From: an uncultured bacterium
GTDB taxonomy: Bacteria; Verrucomicrobiota; Verrucomicrobiia; Limisphaerales; UBA8199
DNA: 64,000 nt
NCBI GenBank assembly: GCA_963749495.1
Contig: CAVVMW010000006.1
Location: 128,001 to 192,000 of the forward strand
Reading direction: 5' to 3'
Of the stretch, positions 19,463 through 30,258 are shown piece after piece. Made by a program: the position numbers and the translations under genes. The first letter of the stretch is position 1. Every line of letters starts with the position of its first letter. The notes under the pieces were generated by a model that was not told the origin of the DNA, ran no database searches, and worked only from the letters and a program-made list of their open reading frames with translations.

Positions 19463-19531
19463 AGGAGCGCGGACGCCCTCGTCCGCGCGTTTCTCCTCCG
19501 TGCAACGCGCGGACGAGGGCGTCCGCGCTCC
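19463..19531. repeat. REP-like family F palindrome GGAGCGCGGACGCCCTCGTCCGCGCG...CGCGCGGACGAGGGCGTCCGCGCTCC
   Basis: Perfect long inverted repeat. Confidence 0.85.
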
Positions 19532-19592
19532 AATTCGGAGCCCGTCGGCACTCTTGACGCGGACAGGGGTTTCGTTATAGAAGGCGGGATAT

Positions 19593-20372
19593 ATGAAAAC
19601 ACCCCATGGTCAGGTTTTTTGGCTGGCGGTTCTTGTCCTTGCGGGAGGCGCGGCGGTCGCGGCGGCGCAGGCGCAATCCAATGCGGAGGGTTTCGTTCCG
19701 ATTTTCGATGGCAAGACGTTGAAGGGCTGGCATGCGAGCGCGCGGACGGGGCACAGCGCGGCCAGCGGGCACAAGAGCGGGGGCCGGTGGGTGGCCGAGG
19801 ACGGGATGATCGTGGGGAGCCAGGACATCCCCGGCAACGGGGGCATCTTGATCACGGACGAGCAGTTTGGCGACTACGAGGTGGTGCTCGAGATGAACAA
19901 TGATTTCGGACCGGACAGCGGTCTGTTTTTGCGGAGCACGGAAGACGGGACGGCATACCAGGCGATGATCGATTATCATGCCCGGGGAAACCTGGGGGGC
20001 ATCTACGGCGAAGGGCGGCTGGGAGGCAAGCCAGCGGTGCTGAATTTCACGTTCACGGACAAGGTGACGGTCATCGTGCCGCGCACCAACTCGCCCGTGG
20101 CCTTGCCGGTGCTGGTGGAGTCGTGGCCGTTTTTCTGGCGTCATGGCCAGTGGAACGAGATCCGGGCGCGCATCGTGAACAACCCGCCCACGATCACGAC
20201 CTGGGTCAACGGGGTGAAATTCATGGAGTGGACGGAGACGCAGAAACGGCACCCGGACGCCGGCGGCATTGCCCTGCAGGTACACGGGGGCGGCGATTTC
20301 ACCAAGCAGTTCGTGCGATACCGGAATATCCGGCTCAAGAAACTGGGCGGCGTGGCCGCGGACAAACCGTAG
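19593..20372 (+). CDS. DUF1080 (3-keto-disaccharide hydrolase-like) secreted protein
   Basis: PIFDGKTLKGW, DSGLFLR, GQWNEI and IALQVH..VRYRNIRLK motifs. Confidence 0.92.
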   Translation: MKTPHGQVFWLAVLVLAGGAAVAAAQAQSNAEGFVPIFDGKTLKGWHASARTGHSAASGHKSGGRWVAEDGMIVGSQDIPGNGGILITDEQFGDYEVVLEMNNDFGPDSGLFLRSTEDGTAYQAMIDYHARGNLGGIYGEGRLGGKPAVLNFTFTDKVTVIVPRTNSPVALPVLVESWPFFWRHGQWNEIRARIVNNPPTITTWVNGVKFMEWTETQKRHPDAGGIALQVHGGGDFTKQFVRYRNIRLKKLGGVAADKP

Positions 20373-20436
20373 AGCATCCGGGCACTGGCCGGATGGGTCG
20401 GACGCGTCGGGCCGGTTTGCGCGCCGGGCGCGATTA

Positions 20437-20662
20437 GAATTGTCGGTCAGCCGCCGGCGCCCCTTTGCCCCGCAGGGGCTTCCGAGAATAGCCCGGCGTT
20501 TCAACGCCGGGTTAGCGGACCCGAAAAGCAGGTCCGTCCCGAAGGGACGGTTGAAAGCAAGGAGCGTTCTCAGCCGTCCCTTCGGGACGAGGATCCCTTT
20601 CCTGGCCTCCCCGGCGTTGAAACGCCGGGCTATTGTCAGATGTCCCTCCGGGACAAAACTCC
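20437..20662. repeat. REP-like family E (AATAGCCCGGCGTTTCAACGCCGGG + GTCCCGAAGGGAC hairpins); inverted copy at 59742-59972; variants at 21640-21762, 40086-40271, 41541-41730
   Basis: ~220-bp multi-hairpin element with a near-identical inverted copy. Confidence 0.9.
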
Positions 20663-20718
20663 CAGGCCACATGCCCGAGGCTTTTAATCGCAGCCTTCCG
20701 CCCCTCGCCCCTCGCCCC

Positions 20719-21066
20719 TCACCTTGCCAGCCTGGCGCACACGCTCTCGATGATGGCCAGGGCCTCTTCGGCCTCGGCCTGGCGCAGGTTCAGCGGGGGC
20801 AGCAACCGGAGGACCTGCGGGCCGGCGGGGATGGTGAGCAGACCGGCCTGATCGAGGAGGTTGGCGAAGCGGACTGACTGCGTCCGGGCCGGGTCGCCGG
20901 GCAGGTTCGGAACGTTGGGGGCCAACTCGACACCGAGCATGAGGCCCAGCCCGCGGACGGCGCTGATGAGGGCCGGGAATTTTTCGGAGATCTGCTCCAG
21001 GCCGGACTTGAGGAATTGGCCGAGCTGGCGGGCGTTATCGGGGAGTTTGTCGCGATGGATGACTTC
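20719..21066 (-). pseudogene. argD: 3' fragment of a class III (acetylornithine-type) aminotransferase
   Basis: EVIHRDKLPDNARQLGQFLK...AVRGLGLMLGVEL...PAGPQVLRLLPPLN; the 5' ~70% is absent and the cut falls at an AAAGGGGTCA motif. Confidence 0.8.
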
Positions 21067-21918
21067 GTTGAAAGGGGTCAGCCATAGTTTGGGTTGTTTT
21101 AAAAGGGGTCAAAACTATTGACACAAGGGCCGGCTACGACGGTGTTTTTGCCTCCTAAACTAAGACCCCTTCACGTGCGCCCGGCCCACCTGCCCCTCCA
21201 TCCGAAGCTCGATTTTACCGAGGTGGCATCAACTTCCACCGTGTCAAACAACAGACCTCACTAAATCGGCCGGTTTCCCTCTTGGAGAACACCAAAACCA
21301 ATTCCAACAACAATCGCAGGAGGTCTCCCCACTTTTGGGGAATCCCCCTTGAGTTGCAACGACTTACGCACTGGACACGGGAGATGCCTTGCGATTGTCC
21401 GGGGAAACCGGTTTGGGGTTCTCAGGACGGTAACGTGCCGGTTTTACTGAGGTCTGAACAAAAACCGTCCCCGCAAAAATCCCCCGATTTTACCGGCGCC
21501 GTAGCGCGTTGTTGCGGGTCGCGTTGCGGGTCCGGCCTCAAGAATCCCCCGGTTCGATGGGCCGTGTAGCACTGTAGCAGGTCCATACCCCCCGCCCCCT
21601 AGACCAGCCGGTCCGAACATGCCGCCCGGAAAATTAGGCGCGCCCTGAAAGGGCGCCACAGGGCTCTGGCGCCCTTTCAGGGCGCGCGGCCCGGGTTTTT
21701 GGCGAAACCCCAGGGCATCGGCCTGACGGGCTCAGCCCTGGGCCAGATTCTGGCGGCCCGTTGGGCCGCGAGGCAGAGCAGGAAGGTGGCCGGAAAAGGG
21801 ATCAACCCATAGCGTGGTTCGGCAGCTCACTACTGAATTCTCGATGTCGGATGCTTCGTCCAGATCGGTCACGCTTTTTGACAGCGAAGGAGTCCGTCCC
21901 GGAATTCCGATTCTTGCT

Positions 21919-21995
21919 CACCGCAAAGAACGCAAAGAACGCAAAAGCCAAGGGAATCGAGGCGTTTCTTTGTGATCTTTGCTTTCTTTGCGGTT
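21919..21995. repeat. Hairpin repeat ACCGCAAAGAACGCAAAGAACGCAAA...TTTGCTTTCTTTGCGGT
   Basis: Tandem 9-mers with an inverted partner. Confidence 0.8.
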
Positions 21996-22049
21996 GATTT
22001 TGCCAACGGCTCTTGGACCATCCTTGGAATCTCATATCGCCGCCGCGGG

Positions 22050-22481
22050 TTATTGCTTGCGGATAGTCGCCCCCATGGCTTTTAAGGTCAGCGGCCGGTC
22101 GATCGTCAGCGCGGACGCGGCGAAGGTGTTGTCCGAGCCGGCCTTGAAGATGAGCGTCGCGCCATCCGGCGCATTGGCCAGGGCCTCCTCGATGCCAAGG
22201 TAAGGAGCGGCCGGGGAACCATGGCCCGAAACAGCCGCCCCGACGAACTTCACCACGTTCATGGGCGCCATCTGAATCGTCATGTCCTGGTTTTTCGGAA
22301 AAACCTGGTCCAGCGAGTACCAGGATGAATTGGTCGCACCCCAGCCCAGATTCATGAGAAACTGCGTGGGACTCGTGCCCTGATTGTAGCCATGGGCGAC
22401 CCACGAGTGGCCGCCGGCTTGGGGAGGGGGGCCGCCCCCACCGATCCGCACAACCCGAAGCCACTGCATTTCTTCCACCAT
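22050..22481 (-). pseudogene. C-terminal fragment of a C10/streptopain-like cysteine peptidase
   Basis: GGHSWVAHGY...FLMNLGWG resembles the C10 His/Asn motifs; the catalytic-Cys region is missing. Confidence 0.65.
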
Positions 22482-22605
22482 CCGGGGCGGGTCGGCCGTT
22501 TGGCAGAACTGGGCGTCGGGGTCGTAACGGAAGTTTATTGAACCGCCAAGCCACAGGCTTCGGCAGCCCCTCGCCCCTCGTTCCTCACCACTCGCGAACC
22601 GCAGC

Positions 22606-24200
22606 TTATTGGTAGATGGGGTCTGTCGGCCGGGGTTTAGGCCCTGTGGCTGGCGGCAGGGCCAGCGCCCGCTTCAGCGGTCCCTTGATGGCCCCAACCA
22701 GGCTCCTTTTGAGGGACTGAGAGGGGACCGGTCGCCAGCGTGGGAATCGTATAGGTCTTGAGCGATGAATCGTAATAAGCCGGGTCACTTTGGGGCAGGA
22801 TGAAGGGCTTGCTGCAGTGACCGTCGGCGGATACGTGCGCCAGGAAAGGGCGATTGAACAGAGGGCTGACGCGTTTGCTGCTGAAAACCACCCAGCGGCT
22901 ATTCGAGGACCAACTCAGCCAGGACTCGCACTCGGGCGAATTGAGTTCGAGTTTGCGCCAGCCGAACTCCCCGTTGGTTTTGGAGGAGCCGAGATCGATG
23001 CCGTAGAGGTCGCTGCTCGGGTCGTAAGTGGGCCAGCAGCCGGACGCGGTGCCGCAAAAAAAGAGCCAGCGGCCATCCGGGCTGATGCGTGGCTGGGCAA
23101 TGCTCAGTCCCAGCCGGCGGCTGGAGAGCACGATCTCCGGCTCGCCCCAGCGGGCCCGGGCGGTGTCATACGCGATGCGCATGAGGTCGTAGCTCGTCCT
23201 GGCATAGGCCCCGGTCAGTCTGTTGGCGGGGTTGGTCAGAAGGTTGGGTGCGCTGCAATAGTATAGATAGGCGCCGTCGGGCGACCAGGTGGGAAAGGCC
23301 AGCAGGCGTGTCGGGTCACCCGCTGGGACCCGGGTGACCGATTCGGCTCCCAGCCGCCACGCCCCGAGCCAGCCCTCCAATTCGCCAATCTCGCGCATGT
23401 CCCCTCGCCGGGCGGTATGGAGCAGGAGCCGGGGTTGACTGAAGGCAGAGACCAGGATGGGGGCCGAGGGGTGCCAGGCAGTAAAGCCGGCCAGCCCCTG
23501 AATGGCTGTGGGCGCGCCGTTGCTGATCACCAGCACGCTGTGTTTGTACACGCTGCTCCGGATCAGGATCGTGCCGTACTTCGGGTCGTTGTTTCGCAGG
23601 GCATGGCAATGACAACACTCGTTGGCAAGACGCCGATTCTCGAGCAGCGGAGTTTCTGTGAAGCTCTGCAGATCCCGTTGGTAGAGTCCCATTGTGTGCC
23701 AGGAATTGTGGCTGGGGTGGATCTTCCGGTAAATCAGGACAGGGTCGATGGGCTCGGCCGCTATCCAGTTGGTAAAGGCCGGAAACCTGCGCCACGGCTT
23801 GTCCGCGCAGCGCACGCTCACCTCGATGCGCAACGGACTGTCCCGGTTGGCGTTGAGCAGGCGGCGCCAAGCCGTGGCCGAGGGCCGGATGATTGGACTG
23901 CTGGAGTAGCACCTCGAGGGGCGAGCCTGTCTTGCCGCGCAGGCTGACGTAGAACGATGAACCCGGCTCCTGAATGAGGAAGGTCAGCGGCGCGATGTTG
24001 GGCGGGATTGTGATGTCCGTGTAGTCCGGGTGGATATGGAGTGTTTGCCCCGGCGCGGGCCCCTCGGCGGCAAGGGGCGGGTTGGCCCGGAGCGATGGCA
24101 TTGTGCAAAGGAGCGCGGCCGCGACGACGAGGCCGAGCGTAGAGGCCCAACGGCGCGGTTCAGCGCTGCAGGAGGTAGTAGTAGCAATAACTTTCGCCAT
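22606..24200 (-). CDS. TolB-like/PD40 beta-propeller protein with a CxxCH-like motif (frameshifts at ~23910 and ~22710)
   Basis: IHPDYTDITIPPNIAPLTF, CCHCH, FPTWSPDG, QPRISPDGRW, WSSNSRWVVFSSKR, KPFILPQ. Confidence 0.8.
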
Positions 24201-26067
24201 AATCGTCCTGGAGCCGGGCGCGAGCGGCTGCTTCGTTGCCCCGGCACTCCTGAAAGACCCGGAGCAACTGGTCCACGCGCTGCTGCATCTCGGGGCCGGG
24301 CAGAGCGGCCTGGACGGCTGCATTCTGGCCCTGCCCCCGCCTCCACAGGGCCAGGGCCTCCTGCCACAACGGGGAGAACTCCAGCCCGTCGAAGTTCCGC
24401 CGGTACGGCAAGGCGCGGACAAAGCCATCCAGGTCCTTGGAGAGCAGATACCACGTCATCAAGTACTCGAACGCCATGCGGTTTCGGCCGTTGGCGGCCA
24501 GCAAGAGCCGCAATTGGGCCTCGACCCCGAGTTGGGCCGCGGTGTCTTGCAGGACCATCAGCCCTCTCAGGCGCATCACTTCCGCATCGGTGGCCAGGGA
24601 GGGGTCGGCCGCCAGACGCCCCAGATACGCACGCGCCCAGGAGCCATGAAAGGGGACGCGGGCGAGTGCCTCGAGGTAGATCCGCGCGGTGGGGATGTTC
24701 CCGATCGCCAGGTTCACAACCGCCAGCCGTTCCAGGAGCATAGGCCGCTCGCCCCAAAACTCGACCGCCTCGGCCAGATGGTGCAGGGCCTGGTTGACGA
24801 AGCCCAGGTCCAAGTAGAGCTGAACCTGTTTCCAGTGGCCCAGCTCTTTGCGGTCCAGCAGCAGCAAGTCGTTCGGGTTTCGCAGTCGAGGGAGCCGCTG
24901 GACCAGTTGGTGAGTGTGGCAGGCGGCCTGGGCAGCCGTAGCGGCCACGAACGGGTTGCGCAGACAGTCTGGGGCCACTGCGAGCGCCTGCGGCCACATC
25001 TGGTGGCAGGCAAAGTAATCGACCGCCAATACCGAGTGCAGTTGGCGGTCCTGTGCGGTGTAGAAGACGCCGGTCACGGCAATCGCTGTCCCGGCCGCTT
25101 GCGCCAGCGGCGATCTGCCCATTCGTGCGGTCCCGGACAACAAGGAACCGAGCAGGCGGTTGGATGAACTGGCCTGGCGCACAATGCGTGAAATGCATGG
25201 GACTGAGATCCGTCGGGCCAAGCCGGCCAGCCCCAGGCCGGGCAACAGCAGAAAAAGCAGATACAGAGGCGTCAATCCGGCCTCAAGCCCCGTGTGGTGC
25301 TCGGGCGCAATCGGCTGCAGCGATTGCCAGGACTCGCTGGAAGCCAGGCCGAACAACAGCCCGCCTTCGGCCCACGGCACCGCCGCGCCCGCCACCAGCA
25401 GCAGCAGAGGCCACCCCCGGCCGCCACGCCGCCACTCCAGCAAGGCGGCGGCGAGCGCGAAAACCGGCAGCGCGCCCGCAGCCACCGGGTACAGCAGGGC
25501 GCTCAAGACCAACACCACTCCAAGGCGCAACCAGGCCCTGGCGGCGCCGAGGCCAACAACAAGCCAAAGTGAAAGCGAGACCATTGCCAGACTGGTGACC
25601 GCCGGCGCGTAGTGGCAATAGCTGGCATAAAGCCAGAGCAAGAGCAGGGGCGCTGCGGAAGCTGCCAATCCCGGCCAGCCCAGGCCCACGGCGTGCGCGT
25701 AGGCTTTGGCTGCGCAGAAAAGCACCCAGGCCTGGCCGGTGAGGACCAGTGCTCCCAGCCAGGAGTGGTAAAGGGACTGCATCAGGAAGCTGGCGACATA
25801 CTCCCCACCGCCTCCGGGGTAGGGGAGCAACTCCCGCGCAAAATCCCATCCCCAATAAAAGACGGGAAAGTCGGGTATCTCACCTCCGACGTGGTAGATG
25901 AGTTTCACGTCCACGCCCCGCCACAGACAGACGTAGAACACAACGAAGAAGACCGTCACGGAAACGAGCCCGCTGAGACTGTGCGAGGACCACCGGCTGC
26001 GCGCGCCGGCTGCCGTGGTCTGGCGCCGCGCGCGGCCGCCACGCACGGGCTTTGGTCGCGCACACAT
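24160..26067 (-). CDS. DUF6057-like membrane protein
   Basis: Multiple TM segments; YPGG..EY..SFL.Q; C-terminal NRMAFEYLM..YLL..DL..F and Y..YY. Confidence 0.75.
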   Translation of the reverse strand: MCARPKPVRGGRARRQTTAAGARSRWSSHSLSGLVSVTVFFVVFYVCLWRGVDVKLIYHVGGEIPDFPVFYWGWDFARELLPYPGGGGEYVASFLMQSLYHSWLGALVLTGQAWVLFCAAKAYAHAVGLGWPGLAASAAPLLLLWLYASYCHYAPAVTSLAMVSLSLWLVVGLGAARAWLRLGVVLVLSALLYPVAAGALPVFALAAALLEWRRGGRGWPLLLLVAGAAVPWAEGGLLFGLASSESWQSLQPIAPEHHTGLEAGLTPLYLLFLLLPGLGLAGLARRISVPCISRIVRQASSSNRLLGSLLSGTARMGRSPLAQAAGTAIAVTGVFYTAQDRQLHSVLAVDYFACHQMWPQALAVAPDCLRNPFVAATAAQAACHTHQLVQRLPRLRNPNDLLLLDRKELGHWKQVQLYLDLGFVNQALHHLAEAVEFWGERPMLLERLAVVNLAIGNIPTARIYLEALARVPFHGSWARAYLGRLAADPSLATDAEVMRLRGLMVLQDTAAQLGVEAQLRLLLAANGRNRMAFEYLMTWYLLSKDLDGFVRALPYRRNFDGLEFSPLWQEALALWRRGQGQNAAVQAALPGPEMQQRVDQLLRVFQECRGNEAAARARLQDDYGESYCYYYLLQR

Positions 26068-26793
26068 CGGGCCTGGAGCTATTACGCCAATGATGGATAG
26101 TCCCTGCTTAAAGTCAAGATTAACCGCCTTGCGGGTGTAAGGCCGGGCGTATCTCGCGGGTACCACCACGCGAGAGAGGACCGCGGGACCCCGCTCAGTA
26201 GGCCGCCATTACCCGCGAATCAACCGGCCAAGATCACGCCAGGGCAATTCTCGGTCGTCCACCGTGATGACTGGCTCCTTTTTCTGGCAAAAGCACCGGT
26301 GACGATGGGGCAATCTGGCACATTTCCCCTGGGCGTTGATTGATTGCAGGGAGGGTGAAGGTCAATTTGGTGGGAGCCCAAGCGAACTTCAACGGTGACG
26401 TGTTCTTGCTGCCGAGCCAAATTCCTCTCCAATTGGTGAGGATTTTCCAGAAGAATCCCAAGTTTGAGCACTACCTGGCCCGAAATTCAGGAAGTCAAAC
26501 CCTCAGGAGCGCACCTCGGAAACGGATATGCATTAGCAAACATGAATAAATAATGCATTATGGACAGTATTACTGATGTCTCCATTTGATACTGCCATTT
26601 GATGCTACTCGCTCAAAAATGGGTCCGTTTCGGAGCAAAATGGGGTCGAACACGGACCAGTCGGAAGTGGAGATCAGGCCGGTCAGTATTGATGATTGCT
26701 CGTGTGTCCGGTTGAGTCCCAATTGCGTTTGTCACACCCGAAACAAGCGCGCTAGCCAGGCTACGCTACGCTCCGACAACTGTCCGAATATTT

Positions 26794-27396
26794 TTGGAAC
26801 GGGTGTCCGAATTCATCGGAATGCGCACCTTGGAGTTGACCAGGGAAAACCACGCCAAATTCAATGCCCGTCACGGGGGCGATTTGGTGGTGTATCCCGA
26901 CGGCCTGACTTTGGCCGCAGCCGAGCAAAGGAGCCTGGAGGCGGCATGGCGGGGAGCCGACCCGGACACCGTCGCGCGCGTGATGCGGGAGCACGGCCTG
27001 CAGCATCCGCGCCCGCGCATGATCTTCCCTCCGGAGTTTCTGAACCATGACCAAGGCATCGCCGCGTTCTCCAATCCGGACGAGGGCCAGAAGTATTTGC
27101 CCCGCTTCAATCAAATGCTGTCCGGGTTGCGCAAGAAGAAGGGCGCCGGCTTGACCGACGAGGAGATGGACGCCCTGAGACACCTCATGACGGACGCGGC
27201 GATCAGCCCGGCGTTTGTGCGAGGGTTGACGAGCGAACACGGGGCCGAATCATTGGCGGAGGCCTTTCTGATACGGAACGCGCCGCCTGAATTGGCCCTT
27301 GAATTTCTTTTGCGCCGGCACAAAGGACAGTTCTATCGCAAGCGCTCTCCCACCCTTTCGCTGGCGCAGGGGACAGCAGAACCAGCCGAGCGCTAA
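26794..27396 (+). pseudogene. C-terminal part of a DUF3843-like protein
   Basis: LEFLLRRHKGQFYRKRSPTLSL C-terminus; no convincing start. Confidence 0.45.
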
Positions 27397-27701
27397 GCCG
27401 TACCCAGTCGGAATAGGGCTCACGCAAAGCCGCAAAGGAAGGAGCCCAAACCGCCAGCCCCAGCCCTCTTCACAAGCTCGACGTGCCCAAGGAGCGCGGG
27501 GTGAACCATCCCCGCGCCCAGCGCGAGGGCGGGCGACAGCCCGGCGATTGCCTGGGCCGGCTGGGACCGCCTCCAGCAGGCCAAAGCCCTGGCCGAGTAT
27601 TACGTGGACGTCGGCTAAAACCGCGGCTGGCCTCCCGAACAGCTCCGCCCCCTCCTCACCGCCCTGCCGCGGGGGCTGCTGGCCGCGGCCTGCTTGCCGG
27701 G

Positions 27702-29906
27702 TCATGGCAGAAGCACACGGAAGAATTGGTGCGGGCCGGCGGGGGTGGTGGTCCACGGCGAAACCGCCGTGGTATTGGTGGACCACGGGCCGGTCAGGGC
27801 ACTGGCCTGGAGCAACAGCCCCAGGTTCCAGGTGATCACCACCTTGTCGCCGGCGGCCGCAATTGACAGCTTCGGCGATGTGGCTGCGCCGTAGTGTTGG
27901 GCAACCTGCCCGGGCGAGAGCGCGTACCCATAGACAGCCACTTCATCGAGGTCGCCGTAGAAGTACGTCCCTTCGCCGGTGGGGTCGAACGCCGTCGTCT
28001 TGCCGATGCCCTGGTCGCTGGTATTGCCTACGTTGACGGAGTTGTTGGGGGCGAAGGTGCCAATCGCTTCCATGGAGTTGGTTGCCAATTGGCCATTCAG
28101 GTACAGGTTCTTGCTGCCGGTGCTGGCGTCAAACGTGGCGATGATTTGGCACCAGGCCTGGGTGGTAGTGGCGCCGGCCGTCATCATCCTGACGCCAGAG
28201 GTCTTGTGGCCGGTGTCAAACTCCCACTGGTCGGAGGTATTGGCGGACAGGTAATAACCGTAGGCCCAGCCGCTGGAGGTGGTGCGAGAGGCGAAGAGCG
28301 CGCGTTCGCTCCCGGCGCCGTAGGGGTCCGGTCTGGCCCACAATTCCACGCTGAAGCCGGTGAACGGATTCAGATCGGCACTCCAGGGAACGAAGATGCC
28401 GCTGTGAGCCGGAAAGTTCATGCCGGCGCCATCCGGAAAGTTCACGGCCGTGTCCGGGTCGCCGAGGATGGCCCCGGCCACGCCCTGGTTGAGGCCCTGG
28501 TCGTAGGTGCCATCGTGGCCGCCGGCGAGGTCATAAGCGGTGGTATTGGTTTCGTCCAGGCGCCAATATGCCACCGGCATGTCACGCACAACGGTGGCGG
28601 CGTAGCTGCCAGACGCTGGCACCACCGTCAAGCTGGCGGCCGGACTGGTCGCCTTGCCCGCGGCATTGGTCACGGTCACGCTGTAGTTGCCGGCCGCGGA
28701 GGGTTGCAGGTCATTGAGCGTCAGGCTGGCATTCGTGGCGCCGACGATAGGCGTGGAGTTAAACTGCCACTGGTAGGACAGCGGCAGCGAGCCGCCCGCA
28801 TCGACAGTCAAGGTCGCGCTGGCGCCTTGCAACCGTGTCCCCGACACCGGCCCCTGGACAATGCTCGCTGGGGCGGTGACGATCTCGACGTAAGCGTCGC
28901 TGCTGGTGCTGGTGCCGCCACTGTTTTTCACCTGCAAAACATAATCGCCGGAGTCGCTGATGCGCGCAGGCGAGAGATTGAGGGTGGCGTTGGTTTGGCC
29001 AGAAACGGGCGTGCCATTCTCCAGCCACTGATAAGTGAAAGGTGGGGTGCCGACAACGAGGGCGCTCAAGGTGACCGTGCTGCCATCGAAGTTGGTGGCA
29101 CCCGCTGGCTCGGTTACAAATGTGGCGGCAATCGCGGGTGGATTCGTCCCCACGGCGGCGAGCCAGTGCGCCTGGATGCGGTCGGCCGGCAGGGCGTTGG
29201 TGTAAATGGCCGCCTCGCAGAGGCTGCCGAGCCAGGGATAGGAGGTGCTGCTAATGGTAGTCACTGCCCGCCGAACCGGCTTGACCTCCAACACGGCGGT
29301 GGTGCTGACGGCAATCAGGACGCCATCCAGGAAAATCTGTTTTTTCTTGCCGTCGAAGGTGCACACCAGGTGCTGCCATTCGCCTTGGGCAAACACAGTG
29401 TCCGAGCCCAGGCCGTTCCAGGTGGTGAAAACGTCGGAGGATTGGAAGACGTTCCCGCGGGCCCCGTTCCAGCTTGGATCCCAACCGTCCCACATATAAT
29501 GCACCCACCCACGTGTGTCGCCCAGCACAGGTTCATCGCGGAACCAGAGCGGGCAGCGAATGCCACTGGAGCCCGGATCTTCGTTATACCAAACCTCATA
29601 GGAGAAGGCGTTTGTGGTGGTCAACCAGGGGCTGTAGGGCAGAGCAATGAGTCCGCCACCATCGAAGTTCATCGACGAGCTGTTGCCACCGATGACTGGT
29701 GAATCACTGTTGAGAGCGAGAGTGCCAGTGTTAGTGCCGTCCCCCGCCGAGCCGATGAAGCCCAGGTTGGTAGTGATGTTGTTAGCCGGCAAGGCGCCCA
29801 AACGCCAGTAGCCGGCCGGATTGTCAGCCAGGACGGTGGCCGGGTAATCGGCCCAAGCAGGGGCCGCGGCCAATAGTCCGAGGAACAAAAGGAGGTTGAT
29901 TTTCAT
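27702..29906 (-). CDS. Secreted LamG-Ig-Ig-LamG protein with a C-terminal domain
   Basis: Signal peptide; ADNPAGYWRL and PVAYWRLDE LamG starts; two YQW..N...SDSG.Y Ig repeats. Confidence 0.9.
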   Translation of the reverse strand: MKINLLLFLGLLAAAPAWADYPATVLADNPAGYWRLGALPANNITTNLGFIGSAGDGTNTGTLALNSDSPVIGGNSSSMNFDGGGLIALPYSPWLTTTNAFSYEVWYNEDPGSSGIRCPLWFRDEPVLGDTRGWVHYMWDGWDPSWNGARGNVFQSSDVFTTWNGLGSDTVFAQGEWQHLVCTFDGKKKQIFLDGVLIAVSTTAVLEVKPVRRAVTTISSTSYPWLGSLCEAAIYTNALPADRIQAHWLAAVGTNPPAIAATFVTEPAGATNFDGSTVTLSALVVGTPPFTYQWLENGTPVSGQTNATLNLSPARISDSGDYVLQVKNSGGTSTSSDAYVEIVTAPASIVQGPVSGTRLQGASATLTVDAGGSLPLSYQWQFNSTPIVGATNASLTLNDLQPSAAGNYSVTVTNAAGKATSPAASLTVVPASGSYAATVVRDMPVAYWRLDETNTTAYDLAGGHDGTYDQGLNQGVAGAILGDPDTAVNFPDGAGMNFPAHSGIFVPWSADLNPFTGFSVELWARPDPYGAGSERALFASRTTSSGWAYGYYLSANTSDQWEFDTGHKTSGVRMMTAGATTTQAWCQIIATFDASTGSKNLYLNGQLATNSMEAIGTFAPNNSVNVGNTSDQGIGKTTAFDPTGEGTYFYGDLDEVAVYGYALSPGQVAQHYGAATSPKLSIAAAGDKVVITWNLGLLLQASALTGPWSTNTTAVSPWTTTPAGPHQFFRVLLP

Positions 29907-30258
29907 GCGTTCTCTCGGTTTTCGATTTCGTGCTTGGTGTCGTTCAAACGGTCTGCCGCCAACGGGATGGCAGGTGGCGTACCGCGGGGATTCTACCACC
30001 ACCGCGCCGCCGCCCGCAATAACCTGATCGAAGTATTTTGGCCTCATCCGACAAGTTTGTGTTTTTGACGCAAGTTGTTGATTCCCAGGCAGCGGAATGG
30101 CGAGGCCCCACAATCTGGATCCTGCCTTCGACTGGCAGGGCCCGCATTGGTCGGTCTGAGTCCCGCCCGGTACGGCATTATCGGGCACAAATACGTGCGT
30201 AACAATGACTTGGGTGGCACACGGCGGCATGAGGCCGGCCACCATGAGATCCTGCCGA

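Noticed and set aside
26220..26790. Short ORFs in an AT-richer gap
   Set aside because: No recognisable motif or consistent coding frame.
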